This document shows positions 47,973 to 61,962 of a DNA stretch of 64,000 bases, in pieces. Positions within the stretch are counted from its first letter, which is position 1. Every line of letters begins with the position of its first letter. The stretch comes from Balanoglossus misakiensis (lineage: Eukaryota > Animalia > Hemichordata), in contig CM082577.2 of assembly GCA_040954595.2 (NCBI GenBank), positions 20,000,303 through 20,064,302 on the forward strand, read 5' to 3'. Made by a program: the position numbers and the translations under genes. A model generated the notes under the pieces. It did not search any database. It was not told the origin of the DNA and worked only from the letters and a program-made list of their open reading frames with translations.

Positions 47973-48987
47973 TTAGGTCCCATTTGGTTATGTATATATA
48001 CCATGGTACCTTATGGAATCTGTTGTGTCTGTATGGATGTATGTATGTATGTCCGTCCACATCCAAAACTTGAAAACCGCTGTGTGTATAACCTCAATAT
48101 TTGGTGTGCAGATGCAGGCAGGGCTGTAGATGGGAGTTTGTTAAAATGAAGTTGTCATTGCCAAACATATGCAAATTAGCTGGGAAAAACCTAAATTTGG
48201 TCGAAACTCAACAATCCCTGGTCATATTGATTTGAAAATTAGTATGCGTGTACCTTATATGAACTTCACACAGTTCTGTATATTTTGAGCTAATAGTGCA
48301 AATTTTTTATTTTGTATGCATTTTTTTTACTTTTTCCACATTTTTGGTAAAAAATCTACTTTTCTGGAATTGATCAGCCGACTTCTTTGAAATTTAGTAT
48401 GGAGCTTCGTATAGGTGTGTTGCCTAGTTTTGTTGAAATTGTTGCAAAATTTGCATATTTATAATTTCTTGAGCAATTTTTGCCTTTTATGATCAATTTC
48501 TGTTCTCTAATACCGCATGTCAGATTGCTTTGAAATTTGGAAGGCATGTTCCTAGGGGTACCCCAAGTAAGATGTATGTTTTTCAAATCAACTTGAAAAA
48601 TTCAATCATATATATTTTGGGGGTGATTTTTGGTCAAAAGTCAGAACCATCTTCCCCCATTGCATTGGTATGTTCTCATGATTTTTTATAAACCTATAAT
48701 AATGAACCTGTCGATGTTTTGTGAGGGCAATATCTTGTATTTGTGGGGCATATTTTCCAATTTTTATAAAAAATTATATTCCTCAGAAATTGTATGGCTG
48801 ATTACTTTCAAATTTGAGTTGTATGTTAATGGGGTTGGCTTCTTTAGAATTATAATGGAATAAAATCATAGGTAATTCGAAATTTTTATATTTTGTAAGA
48901 AATTTTGTCTTAAACCACAAAGAAATTTATCTCAAGGAGCGCACTTAGTAACCCCAGGTCACTAAGATACAAATTTCAAACACTAGT
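47973..48987 (+). mobile_element. Near-complete HINE/DINE-1-like element
   Basis: 5' TTAGGTCCCA inverted repeat, GTAT core, and a 3' stem-loop CTTAGTAACC-CCA-GGTCACTAAG shortly before CTAGT. Confidence 0.7.
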
Positions 48988-49022
48988 AATAGAATTTTAC
49001 TAGGCCTACATTACACTGCGTA

Positions 49023-49086
49023 CAATCTGATTAAAATCAGATGTAGGGATAGGCGACATTCCCTACATCTGATTTTAATCAGATTG
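49023..49086. mobile_element. 64-bp minimal hairpin derivative of the CAATCTGATT family with 9-bp TSD
   Basis: CACTGCGTA|CAATCTGATTAAAATCAGATGTAGGGA-TAGGCGACAT-TCCCTACATCTGATTTTAATCAGATTG|CACTGCGTA. Confidence 0.92.
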
Positions 49087-49147
49087 CACTGCGTATAAAA
49101 AGACAATTGTTTGTTTGTAAGTACAATGTGGCAATGTCAGTTAATAA

Positions 49148-50012
49148 GGGACCGTTCAGTTTTACGGCCGGGGGGGGGGGGGGGGGGTCACTTAAATTTT
49201 GAAGTCCAAAAAGGGGGGGGGGGTCCATCTGTTTTCTTGAAACGTTTAGGGGGTGGTCACATACTTTTGACACCGAACTTTTGCTTTTGAGTCCACAAAA
49301 TTGCAGTTTCGCGCCCTTTATTTAACAAACCACCCACCCCCTCCATTCTTCGCCACATTTCATTTATTGGCGGGTTTGTCTAGTGTACGATGGCAGACTA
49401 CTTGCCACCCGATGCGTTTTTTGAGTGTAGTGGCAAATGTAAAATTGGTCCTCCCTTTCAGCCCAATATTTTACAAAATTTTCTTACACCCACCCCTTCA
49501 TTCTTCACCACATCTAGTGTACCAAGGCATATCACTTTCCCACCGATGCTAACATTGACTGGCAAAAGTAAAATTTGTCCTCCCTAACATTTAGTTAATT
49601 TGCTTTTGAGTTCATTAAAATGCAACTTTGAGCACCGTTTTTTACATCCCCTCCCACACCAACCCCCGCCACTTTTCTTGTTTTACCAATCCTACTAGCC
49701 TAGTCCTAGCCGTATTTTGTCCGCTTTGCTTCAAAAAACTACCGCCTGCCAACTATTGTATAGACTTGTCATGTTAATTTATTCATAATTCATTCTTATT
49801 GCAACGATATACTATTATATATTTAGATTTGAGGTGTGGGAACCCTCATTCCCTATAATGCATACAGTGTACATAGGATCAGGACGGAGAATATTTTCTG
49901 GGGGGGGGTCATATTTTTTGGCCTGTCACGGGGGGGGGGGGGTCATCATTTTTTGGTCCTGGGTGAAGGGGGGGTCGGCCTGATTTTGAAAACCCATGAC
50001 ACAAACTTGCCG

Positions 50013-50054
<42 letters not shown>

Positions 50055-50063
50055 CCGCAGTAA
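49148..50063. mobile_element. Harbinger-like poly-G/C family copy in reverse orientation
   Basis: TAA|GGGACCGTTCAGTTTTACGGCC. Reverse-complement match to 1-557 and 44219-44700. Ends in a ~40-nt C run. Confidence 0.7.
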
Positions 50064-50209
50064 AATTAGAAACACCCAGCTGTGCCCACTGACTTGCTGT
50101 GGGCCTCAAAAATTCAGGCTCGGGCATCATCAATATTAGGGTCAGAGATCACCATCCCTCGAGCAGGCTAAAGATCATGATATTGCCCTCGCTAACATGT
50201 GTTATTAAT

Positions 50210-53200
50210 GTATATTTAGTAAAGATTTTTGAGATTTTTTGTTTTCTATTTGGTTTTATTCTTTTATAAAGTGGGCCAGTATAAGATATTGGGAATTAAC
50301 CCGTTGTTGTATAGGTTGTTAGCCTTTGTGGAAGATTATTGATTACAAGGTCATACATGAAGGAGCATACCTGAAGCTTATGTAATTTGTAAACATCAAG
50401 GATTTTCAATTTATAGAATAAAGGAGTTGAATGGGCTGTGAAATCACTGAAGGTTATTGCTCTTACTGCCATTTTTTGTAATAATTTAATACGATTGAGA
50501 TATGAATATGTTGACCCCCATACTTTAAGGCCGTATGTTTAAGTTATATGTGGTTGGATGAGAGATTTGTAGAGTAATTAGGTAAGTATAGGGGTAGGTA
50601 CAAAATGCCAACTTTCCTTCTGATGATTGTATTTATCATCTGGATATGTTTTGACCAAGTAAGATGCCTCTCAATGAGAATGCCAACAAAAGATGCAGCT
50701 TCTACCTCATTTATGACCATATTATTAATGTGGAGGGAACCAACATGGAAAATGTTTGTGACGTCTTTGATTTCTAAAAATAATGTTATTTGTTTGTAGA
50801 TGATTTATTGTGAGCTTGTTGTCATTGCACCAATCTAGGGTAGTACCAACCGTAAATGGCTGTCGATGTGATTAGGTTGATATCATTTTGATTTGCAGGG
50901 AACTGGTATTAGTGGAGCGGCCAAACCTTAATTTTCATAGCGATTGTGCATTTTGTGATAAAAGCACCAAACTTGGCTCAGATGTGTGTTAATGTGTACT
51001 AAACAAATTCAGATAGCGAGCCACTAAATATCTGTTGATGAGTTTCCATTGCAACCAATTTTTCAAAATGGCCACTAATACAGATAATTTCACCTACCAA
51101 ATAACTGTAAACACCAAAATAAATTAAGATTACTATATTTGATACAAGGAACTGTGGAAAGAATGATTTGCAAAAATATTATGGTTACTAAACTACTTAT
51201 AGGGGTAAGTAAGTTATCAAAACACAATTTAAAGGCGCAACTTTTAATCCCTTTGTTCTCGGATTAATAGGTGCTCCTCTAGAAGTGAAACCATACTGTC
51301 TATGGTCAAACATTAGGCTAATTGCGATATTTAACTTGCAGTACGTAAATTACACATATGAATCACAACAGTTTACCACCTTAGCTAATGATAATCATAT
51401 AAACAGATCACCGATATATTCGAATTGCACACGGATGTGGGCTTGGCTTACTCGTGACTGGTAAAATTTCCTTATCAACTTGATAGGAGAGTCCACTGCC
51501 CGAAATAGACGTTGATCCAAACTGAGTCTGCGGTCGTCGCGTTTATTGGTCGACAGACATAGGGCCTCAAACGCAATGCAATCTAAATGGACCCCGGGTA
51601 ACGAACCACACGGCTTTGTTTCGACCACAATCGCCACCGCAGCGTTGACAACGTTTTTTCGGGGCGTTGATGTTTGTCAAAATGCCATAGGAAATTTACG
51701 AAACTTAAGTCGAATTGCTGAAACGTTAATAATCGACCATATGTCTTGATACTTTAGATCATGTATCAGTTCGACTCCAGCAATTTTGGTGACTGTTAAC
51801 AGAGTTGACCAAAAGATAAATGGTGTCTATGATTCCAAACTCGTAAAAATTACACCGGGGGACACAACATTATTTTATTTGTCGAGAATAGTGTTCATCA
51901 TGCCATAAATATTGTCAAAAATGTGTGTTAATTATAGAAACCCAACTAAATATACAAGCAGTTGGCCTTTGGATTGGTAAATGGAAAAACAGGTATTATT
52001 GCAATTTTCTGGGATTAGGTGGCCCAATGCTCCCAACAAGTCACTTGGAATGTACTTTCATTCTAATATCTCAATGTGTAAAGATCCGATTTTGCAAGAG
52101 ATATTACGGAAAACTTCATTTCATTTAAAGACCCAGTATTTCTCGTGTGCATCCATTTTTCATCATCGAAAAAAGCCCGTTTTTCCAGTACATCCATCAT
52201 GGAATACTATATAATGAAGATGTAAGAAAGGTTTGGGCAATTGTAGCTACATGCAAGCCTAAAATATCGCCCGTAACACTTGAAATGATGCGCGGGTTTG
52301 TTTACAACGGAAATGTTGTACATGTCGATCAGCAAACGTGCCACTTTGACATTTTGATGGTCAGACCATTTTCGGATTTGATCTGGTTCCATCGACTGAT
52401 TTCTCCCATAAAGTTATCTTCCCAAAATTTCGCCGAATTAGTGCGCATTTCTTCGCTGAGTCGCTTGATTTGGGGCGACCAAACCTCTTCCGCATAGATT
52501 CACATTTGAGTGCGCATGCGCACTAGTCACGTGTGTCAACATTAGCCTGACTCACGTGACTTTCTGTCCGGACAGAAAGTCATTCTTCACTCGTTATATT
52601 GTAAATTGTATGAGTTTATCAGCAGAGCTGGGGATGATGACTGTTCGATTCAGTATCAATTATCATCTACTTTTAGAAATTATAGATGCCATTTCAAACA
52701 AAATTTATGCGAAAACGAGAAATACTGTGGCTTTAATAGCATGAAGTAAGCGAAATCTTACTCTTTACAGAAAAGCTGTGATCCTGAAGACTTTTGGTGT
52801 TTTGAAGCTTATTTTCACTTTATCATTTTATTCTTTGATTTTGGGGGTTCACAAATACACAAAATAACATGTCAAAGTAGAACTGCTGACTATCATCAAG
52901 GTGCGATTAAAATTATCGATAACATGAGCAATACAAAGCACTTCAAGCGACTTCATCAAAACGCTTTCCGAAGGACAAGTATTGGATGAAAAGTTTGAAA
53001 CAGATTTTGATTTTGATTCCTAACATCTATCTATGTACATGCATCCTAGACATAGTTAGTTTCTATAGTAACTTTAACAAACCAATCGACTGTCATGATA
53101 CTGGCTTTCTGCCACCATTTTATGGGGAAGTGATTCTTTATTTGCATGAATCATTTGATGAAGATAAAATAGAAAAGCTAGATTCTGCACTGATTCAAAC

Positions 53201-54470
53201 TGGTCAGATCAATTTATAAGGTTGAGAAACAAGATGCCGTTTTTTCCTGGGTTGACTAAATTTGGAATTTTGTTCATCAAAGATATTTTTATGGGGAAAA
53301 TAACGAATCAACTTTACTTCACTTGTTAAACTTTTATCACAAAATGCCCAAATGTTATGAAAATTTTGTGTATGCCAGGCCACTATTATAAAATATCTAT
53401 GGTTATACAGTGTTTTAACTAAGTTTGTTGTAACCGGGGTTATTACCAAACTTGAATTTCTTTAGCGACTGAATCTCGATCCTGTATTTACCCCTATAAC
53501 TAGTTTAGTGATGATAAATATTTTGAAAATTACTCTTTGAGCAGTTTCTTGTTTCAAATATTGTAATATGAATTTATTTTGGTGTTTTATAATTGTTATT
53601 TTGTGGGTAAGATTATCTGTATTGGCGGTCATTTTGGAAAAAATGAAAAAATGGTTGCCATGGAAACTCATCAACAGATATTGTGGCTCGCTATCTGAAT
53701 TTGTTTAGTACACATTAACGCACATCTGAGCCAAGTTTGGTGCTTTTATCACAAAATCCACAATCGATCTGTTATGCCGCTCCACTGTAGACATTAAACT
53801 GTGTTTTATCCTTTATTCTGTATTTATAACTATTTCGGTGACCACAAATACTTTGCAAATCATCCTTTCTATAGTTTCTGGTTTCAAATATCATAATCTG
53901 AAATTACCTTGGTGTTCTTTAGTCGTTATTTTGTGGGAAAGATTAATGTAGTGGCGGCCATTTTGAAAAATGGTTGCCATGGCTACCCGTTAACAGATAT
54001 TAAGTGGCTCGCTATCTGAATTTGCTTAGTACACAGTAACACACATCTGAGCCAAGTTTAGTGCTTTTATCACAAAATGCACAATCGCTATGAAAATTGG
54101 GGTTTGGCCGCTCCACTTTGTATCATCAGCAAACAGCCGAAAATTGAAAAATGATGTTGAAAGGGCTATATTATTAATAAATAATAGAAATAAGATAGGT
54201 CCAAGGACAGACCACTGTGCAACTCCACATGTAATCTGTAAACTATTGTAGAGGGCTGTGCTTACGTATACCATAGTGAGAAAGTTTAAATAGTAGTTGT
54301 GTGTGATCAATGGTATCAAACACTTCTAAGAAGTCAAGGAAAATGCTTAGTGTAATTCTGCCAGCATCAAGTTGTTTAATGAGATAGTTGACAAGATTGA
54401 TGAGAGAAAGTTTGTTGTCTGTCAGCTCTTCTCTCTTTCTCTTATGATATGATTCTAAGCGGAACACTTA
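50210..54470 (-). mobile_element. Decayed CR1/L2-group LINE split by a 3.2-kb TIR insertion
   Basis: IFLDF..FDTIDH..LLFKLSHYGIR and CGVAQWSVLGPILFLLFIN..RLFADDT (54118-54470). It resumes below 50910 with WCNDNKLTIN, GILIERHLTWSKHI and LLYKSLIQPH..VWGSTY. Confidence 0.75.
50910..54117. mobile_element. Academ-like TIR element (TAGTGGAGCGG termini), composite with an extra internal end
   Basis: ~170-bp terminal sequence at 50910, with inverted counterparts ending at ~53786 and 54117. No long internal ORF. The superfamily call is inference from the termini. Confidence 0.65.
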
Positions 54471-54516
54471 GGCTACCCTGCTCACACATGAAGTAATATA
54501 ATGCAACATGCATAAC

Positions 54517-54657
54517 ACAGTAATTATATCCATGATAAAATGCGCCCTCTTTGGGTGAACTCTTCCTTCACCTTTAGCGATGGGGCAGATGTAGCTTGTC
54601 TTACTTGACGAGAGTTTACCAAAAGAGGGCGCGTTTTATCATGGATATAATTGCTGT
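54517..54657. repeat. Small palindromic MITE remnant
   Basis: ACAGTAATTATATCCATGATAAAATGCGCCCTCTTT / AAAGAGGGCGCGTTTTATCATGGATATAATTGCTGT. Confidence 0.7.
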
Positions 54658-56954
54658 CAGCAGAGCATGCAGACTAGAAAGGCAAATTGAAGAAGAAAAG
54701 GCTGACGAAGTCAAATCTTTATTCTAAATATCCATAATATTGAGTCCAAAAAGAGAAGTTTCTGTACTGTAGTATAACCAGATCGATATGCTGGTTGACA
54801 TTTGGGAAACAAATTATGGCAAAGGTATGCATTCAGTTGGTTAAACACTGTCCGCTCAGTGTGACACAGGACGATAAAAGGTCCAGTTCCAAACGAAACC
54901 TAAAGGTAAATTTAAGTCAGTTTTGGTGACATTGCAAAAAGAAGACAAAATACAAGGAAGCTTGTGCAAAGTACACCAACACGGTGGTGTCACGTGACTG
55001 CAAGTTGTACCACACAGTGTAATAATCCTCTCAACCTAGCCCATGATTTAATGCTCATTGAAAAGTGTATTCCAGTCAAGACTTGAAGGCATAGGTAAAC
55101 AATAACAACCGTCGGTACATAATGACTTGTTGACAATTAGTAAATTGGGCGTAATGGGATACTATGGAGAAGGGAACAGTTAGATCATGTATTTGTTACA
55201 CAAAACAAAGATAGAACGGGAGAGACCGACGCTCCATCATCTTCGTGATTTTGCATATCAATCAATAATATGTCTGTTCCATCATTCAAATGCATATATA
55301 CATGTGCATGTTTAGACCCCAAAGAAATGAGTAGAATACAAAAATTGCTTGGATGGTCTATTTCCCAACAGAAATTGAAGTATCCAGTATCCAAGCCATA
55401 AACCTGGGTAGGGCTAGTATTTGCTGAATCTGATCACAATGTTGTAGCTGATGCCCTGGAGAATTGAGATATATTGCAATCTTGGAATCAGGAAATATCA
55501 AACTTACCTAGTAACTGCATAATCGGATCACCTGAATAATACAAACTTAATAACAGTAATTTTATGATGATTTCTTTTCTGTTTTTACAGATGTTAGTAG
55601 GACGGAAATTCTACCAAAATTGCTGGAATAACACAATTTTTAATACAACCAGTTATCAGGACAGCTTTATTCACAGAGGGTACACTATCAGAATACCAAG
55701 TATATCATTTTTGAGTGCAAAATTAAAAGAAATCAGTTGTTTTGGTTGGGATATTACACAATGTTACTTTTTTAATTTCAAAGCAAAAACTGTAATAGAT
55801 TGGTTTATTTTACATAACTGCAATATGTTACAAGTAAAATAATTTTATAAATCTGTTTTCTTGTGATTTTAGCTTCTTTTTTCTTGATTCCTTGCTGTTA
55901 TGGACTTTTGTGAATTTCTGACATGGAGACACCGGTTACCAGACATTACTGTCATTATTTCCAACATTTCAAATAGACATATGACACATCTGCAAAACTC
56001 CTCAAGAACCTACAACTGAAATCACAGATCGGTCATAAACTGACAATACGAACTTCTAGTGAGAGTATTATAGGAATTCTTGAAAATGATAGAAACAGTA
56101 AAAGAAAGTTTCGTTGATAGTGCCACTGAAAATATTCCTGCACATTCACAAGGACATATCACATTGAGAATTAATCATTTTGGGTTTTTTTCTTCATAGC
56201 CCCCCCCCCCCTCCGCCAAAAAAAATAGACTGTTTTTTGTGTGTGGACCCCTTCCCTAGAATTTTTCATGTATAAAATCTATGCGCCCCACCTGGAAATC
56301 CTTCCGCCCCTTGAAGTATTTTCTGAACTACCGGGACGTGACATGTGCCAGTAAGCCTGCTGTATATTTGCATAACAATACACAAATAAACATTTCAATC
56401 CATGGTCATCTTCGACAAACAAAAAGCACATTCTTTATTCCATTCCGGTGGCCTCTGGTAATATCCCTGCTCGCATAATACTGCAGACATTTCGTATATG
56501 TCGCAGTTTTGCACGCAAGTGAAATAAGGATGTTAAAATAAAGAGGGTGACTCGCTGATCAAAAATAGTTGGACAAAGGTGAGGACAAAGCGGGCGAACC
56601 TTCTTTGGCGTGGTCAGGGTAATTGTGTACTCTCCCTTTCTTCATGAATATGCATGAGATTTCTTTAACAATACTTGGTGCGGTGCTTGTGGGTGAGTGA
56701 GTTCTTGGTATGCTATTTCTGCCGCATTCACCTGAGTTGGGTGTTGGCGCTCATGGAGTTTCTTATGCAAAGCAGTTAAACCTTGCTTAACATTCACTCC
56801 AGGAGATTGTACCCACTTTTAATACTCCAACACACTGGGAAGGCATAGAAGTTAGAACGATACGGGCGCTACTAGCCTACACTGCCTTCGATTCCATATA
56901 CATTTGTGGGGGACTCGACGTCGACGTGTCTTCGGACCGTGTTTCTGAACCAAG

Positions 56955-57021
56955 ATGCGTCTTCTACCAATGTTAAGTTTGTTAATAGTCACGGGCCTAC
57001 CAATGGTGCTTGGAGAAAATG
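56955..57021 (+). CDS. Signal-peptide exon of an EGF-CUB (fibropellin-like) gene
   Basis: MRLLPMLSLLIVTGLPMVLGEN+G|gtaagt. Hydrophobic leader. The phase-1 donor joins the EGF exon to give ..LGENECSSSPC. Confidence 0.72.
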
Positions 57022-60000
57022 GTAAGTCAATTTCTGGAATGTGCGATATTTGATTTAAATATCTACATGCACAGTGTATCATGAATGCAACAGGTTGCAT
57101 ATTTTTGTCCTTCGATGACGAGTGGTCTTGAAAAAAAGCTGGTTGAATTTAACGGCCGTCCAATATCTTCCAGTGTCTTACGCATTCCTTGATGAGTTCT
57201 TTCACAACTATGTCAACAATTGGCAGATTAACAATATTTAACTTTCGTCGGGGTTTACTAGCGCACTGTCCAGTTCCAAACGCTTTCGTGTTTGTGTTTT
57301 TGAAGGGTGTAGTCACCGCCGCAGTCTTCATTGTCGGGCTCAAAGTCGTCTATTAGACGCTTACAAAATAATGACCAAACGAAGACGACATATTCAGGAG
57401 ACGTTGTAAACTAATCGTTCCGTCAGTCTCATTACCTCTCTACTGACATTTGCCCGAATATTTGTCAAGTACATTTACATGCATGCATGTGTAATGACAA
57501 TTTTAATTCTTCCACCCACCCCCACCCCTTTTGAGGTTCAAGAACGAAAAGTAATGTTCGATGTCGGAGACAGGTTACGAGAAATAAATTTCGATTTAGC
57601 AAAGACGCGCGTGCATAGTCAGAGAAGGCCAAAATACACACCGGGACACCTGTTCGTACGATGCTACCCCCATTCTACTCGTTATTTATGTCAGCGAAAG
57701 TTTTCAGCGAGTAAACCTTACCGAGTATGAAAGCATATTAGACAGTACTCTATGATTACCCCCCGGGAATGTTTCCAGATATTATTCTGACCATTACTTA
57801 TAAATGAACTTCAGTGACAAATTGCCATTCCATAGATATGCTCTCACAGGATAGGTGTGATGGTATTCCTTCCCAATAATACCGAGTTCAGTACATTTCA
57901 GGACGTTGGTTCTATAGAATGCATACAAGAAAATGGTCTTTGTAATATCGCACTCATCTGGGATACGTCATGCGTAACAGAAAGCAAGGTGAATGGAGGT
58001 CAGACAAAGACCTTTATACAAAAACGTCATATGCCCAGCAGAAATGATTCTTTAAAATTCCAAAACAAAAGCTTTCTGCGAGGGTAATTTGATTATCCAA
58101 TTATTCGGGTCATTTTGTAATCAATTATTAAGACCATTGTGTTATGAACCGATAGTGTATACATTGGTATACGGTGACGGTATGGGAGCGCCATGTTGAG
58201 TTTGATCAGGGCGTTGCCTCCATTCAGCTGTCTGAGTAATACAAGTAGCCGCAATAGCTTTTAAACACGCCCGGATGTTATCGCAAACACCTGAACCACA
58301 CTAAGAAATATTCTTATTTTGTGCGATTTCACATCCACGAGAAAGGATGCCACACTATGACAAACTACCGAAGAATCGCTGACAATATTCAACATTGGAA
58401 AAGTGGATTTGTTAATCGCTGAGCAGAGTTGACCTCAAATCGCGCAAGCTCTTTCACAACATGTATATCAGTATTTTCAAAGTCTTCCTGGTATCTCTCT
58501 TATCCTCAAGCACTTTTGAAGCAGTCCAGGCAGTCGGAGGTAACCATACATTGAACATTTTAGTATTGTGATTGGTCATTTGTGGCGTTTTGTTGTCAAC
58601 AGCAATCATTTTTAGATTATTGGAAAGTGTGTGACGAACATGTTATATGTCACAGTTATCTATCGTTTTGTATAATCCTGCTAATTTCTATAGAATTGTT
58701 ATTTGTAGGTATCAACACCTAAGCGCCATTCGGTATTTGCGTTCGTTTAAAGAAGTGTTACCTGTAAGCGTATACACTTCAAAAAATACAGTCATAACTG
58801 AATATATGTAATAGTAAAGAGGCGTTGCGGATGCGAGGGCTAATGACATCGACAAGAATTTTCTTTTTTGTATAATTATCGGTATATGCAGTCATACGCA
58901 TTTGCCCTTGCTCAGAAATTGTAATTGTGTGGGGACTATACTCAGATCAGTGGACAGGCATTGTGAATATTTTCCCCGTAACAATGTAGAAAGGTCAACA
59001 GCAGAAAAGAGTGGTGTTTAATAGGGGCCTACATCCGCGGCAATGCGTAATATGGTTCAGTGAAAGTGAAATTTCTAACCTACAAAAGCAAAGGTGTAGA
59101 CCTCTAAAGACGGATTAACGAGAGAGCATTCGTGTGCTACAGTGATTTGTGTGTCTAAAAGTCTACAAAATGGAGCTCTTGATGACGGAGTTTGATGTCA
59201 CAGTTTCAATGTTTTGGGTGCAATATGCTGCACATTTACATATTATGTATGGATTTAACAGCGTCCTGAATGGTGGGCGCCATATTGGAATCCTTTGTGA
59301 AAAGATATACCGGATCGGGCAGTGATAAACTGTGGCTATTTTTACTACATAGACACGATTTTGATAAATATTCGCGTATGCGCCACACGACAATTCATTG
59401 TAATTTCAAACCAGCGATATTATTCTAACGCAGTGAGCTTAATAGTAATATGAAACTTCAACAGAGCATTGCAGTCAATGGCTAGATATCGAACACTGTT
59501 GTCTCATAGTCCCTGTAACCATGGTTATGCTACATGTATTGTACAGTTACCCCAAATACAAGGTTTCATGTTAAATTGTAGTGCATAGAATAGGCAGCGG
59601 TCTTCGTGGATCCCAGCACCTCGTCGTGGACAAATTTCAATCACAAAGGAATTCGAGAATGTTGAAAAGAAGTGAGACTGATACCGTTCGACAGCGACAA
59701 AAACACATCAACTATAGGCCTACATGATCTCACAACCTGTTTCGTTTTATGATATATACTCCGAGGGTGGGGAGTGAAACAACTGCATACATTTGGCTCT
59801 GCATTCATTGTAGGATTTCATGGCTAAATTATCATACAAACACTGTTTGAAAATAGAAGAAGTGGCGAATACATAAAACGCTTGGCAACACCCTGTCATG
59901 TTTCACTTTGAATGTTGTAAATATCGTGTTCCCTGCAGTTGTAAATTTTGGTGATTTCATGGCCACATCTCTGTTTTCGCCTAGATTATTTGTTGAGCCT

Positions 60001-61585
60001 ATTGTCTGCTCCGTTGTTTTTCGCTCTTTTCTGGTCATATCGTGACACCTGAATTTTAGACACGTCACAGACCGAAATTATAATTAAAAATCTATTTAAA
60101 TTACTGAGCCATTCAAAAACATCGGCGCTTTCAAACGTTTCTCATAACAGTTTTGAGTGTTTTGGTGTGTACACTGGCACATTCAACCGTGCGTGCTGAG
60201 AACGCAAGATCTATGCGCACAATCAATAACAGCAGATACTGCACTGAGTCCTTTCCACAGCGCATGTCAAGTACCCATGACCCAGGCCTACATCGATGAA
60301 AAAATGCACTAGAATACAATGAAAATTCCTATAAGCTTACACAGTGGAATAGGTAAAACAAATAGTATCTTATTTTGTTCCGCATTTTCATACAAAATAA
60401 ACACGCAGTCAGGTTAAACCAACGGTTGTACATTTTAGAGATTTGAATCTGTTGAGAGTGCGGTCTAAACGCATCCTTCCGTACGCGGTGTTTGAACTCT
60501 GTTAAATGGGAAGTGGCCGGTAGTAGGCCTAGGTGTGGCAAGTAGGAAGACGGTAAAATTGACCACACGACACCCGACAAATTCCAAACATACCTTGTTC
60601 ATTATTGTCAAGCGAGTCGTGAAAGTGAGGTTATTGCAGCGATATGTCAGAATGCCATGAAGAAGTTCGGAAAACCTCGCAAACCCATTGAACTGGGATC
60701 GACAACTCCGGGCGAAACAAACTTATAAAGCAAATTTAACGAGTGAATGTATTGAAGTAGTCTCTGAACGACATGAAAACCAAGCAATAACCGCGTTGCT
60801 AGAGAGTTCTTTTGCATTGTTCGATCTTTGCTAGCTTGTTCACTTCAAGTTTAGAGCCGCCAGTTCGCAGACACAAGTGATACTTGACATAAGACTGTAA
60901 AAAGGGCACAACAAAATAAATACTGTAGTTACTGAATGACCGGACCATAGATTTCTACTTGCAAACGTTTGAGTAGTGACATACACTTACTAGTGTATTG
61001 TTTTTCTGGGTTATCAGTTTGGAAAGGAAATACGTTTTCTGCATATTTTGAACAACAAGGTTATATTACTTTAAAATTAGGATATACATTGTATTACAAT
61101 AATACAGAAGTCCAAGATTGGAGGCCTTATAGCTATATCATTTTACATCAATTATGTTATACTATGTTTTCGTCTTAGTTAATTTAAATTTGTTCGATGT
61201 TAGAAATGAAATGCCCGTTACAGTCAGTAGTTTAGTAATATTGAACTAGTATATAGTTTTCAGTCCGTACCTAGAGTAAATTGATTTTTCGATAATAACA
61301 ATCACCCATATATATGTACATACAAGTAATAGGGCGGGATGCTAGTGTCCGGTTGTCATTTCTGCGCCGTCTCCAGGGTTCTAGTCAATAGGCGATGCAG
61401 CTATAGCCAGACACTCACGCAATAAGGCTATACGTTTTGGCATGAATTAATGTGTAGTACGTAAAACGAAAGCATTTCTCCATATATTGAACTGCAATGT
61501 TTAAACAGTGTTATTCATGCATGCATTTTGTTTCCAACTGCCAACAAGACAATGATGATAAAGTCCTTCCTTTTTTTCTTCACAG

Positions 61586-61714
61586 AATGTTCCAGCTCTC
61601 CTTGTCAGAATGGCGCCGTCTGTGTCGATGGTAACGGTGTCGATTACTACACTTGTGAATGTTCAGGAAGCCCATACCCACAGTTCCATGGAGACAACTG
61701 TGAATCATTTACCG
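61586..61714 (+). CDS. EGF-like domain exon
   Basis: cacag|(E)CSSSPCQNGAVCVDGNGVDYYTCECSGSPYPQFHGDNCESFT+G|gtaaat. Six cysteines, phase 1-1, 129 nt. Confidence 0.9.
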
Positions 61715-61962
61715 GTAAATACCCACCGCATCACCGAATCACCCTTTAAAGATGTAGTAGTGTTGAAGAAAGTGTCCAACGTACCAAGTGCTAGAATCCA
61801 TCATGGCGTACTCAGGCCTTGATGTCATTCCATACTGGAATTGGTCGAGTGGCCGCAATGATGGTGTAATAAAAATAAGTTTGTATTTTAGTATTCTTCA
61901 ATATCTTTTTGAGAAAATTGCATTGAGAATGTCGTTCATTCCTGAAATCATCATTTTCGCAG

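Noticed and set aside
57100-61500. Short ORFs in the first intron of the EGF-CUB gene
   Set aside because: No recognisable domains or consistent splice-bounded frames were found.
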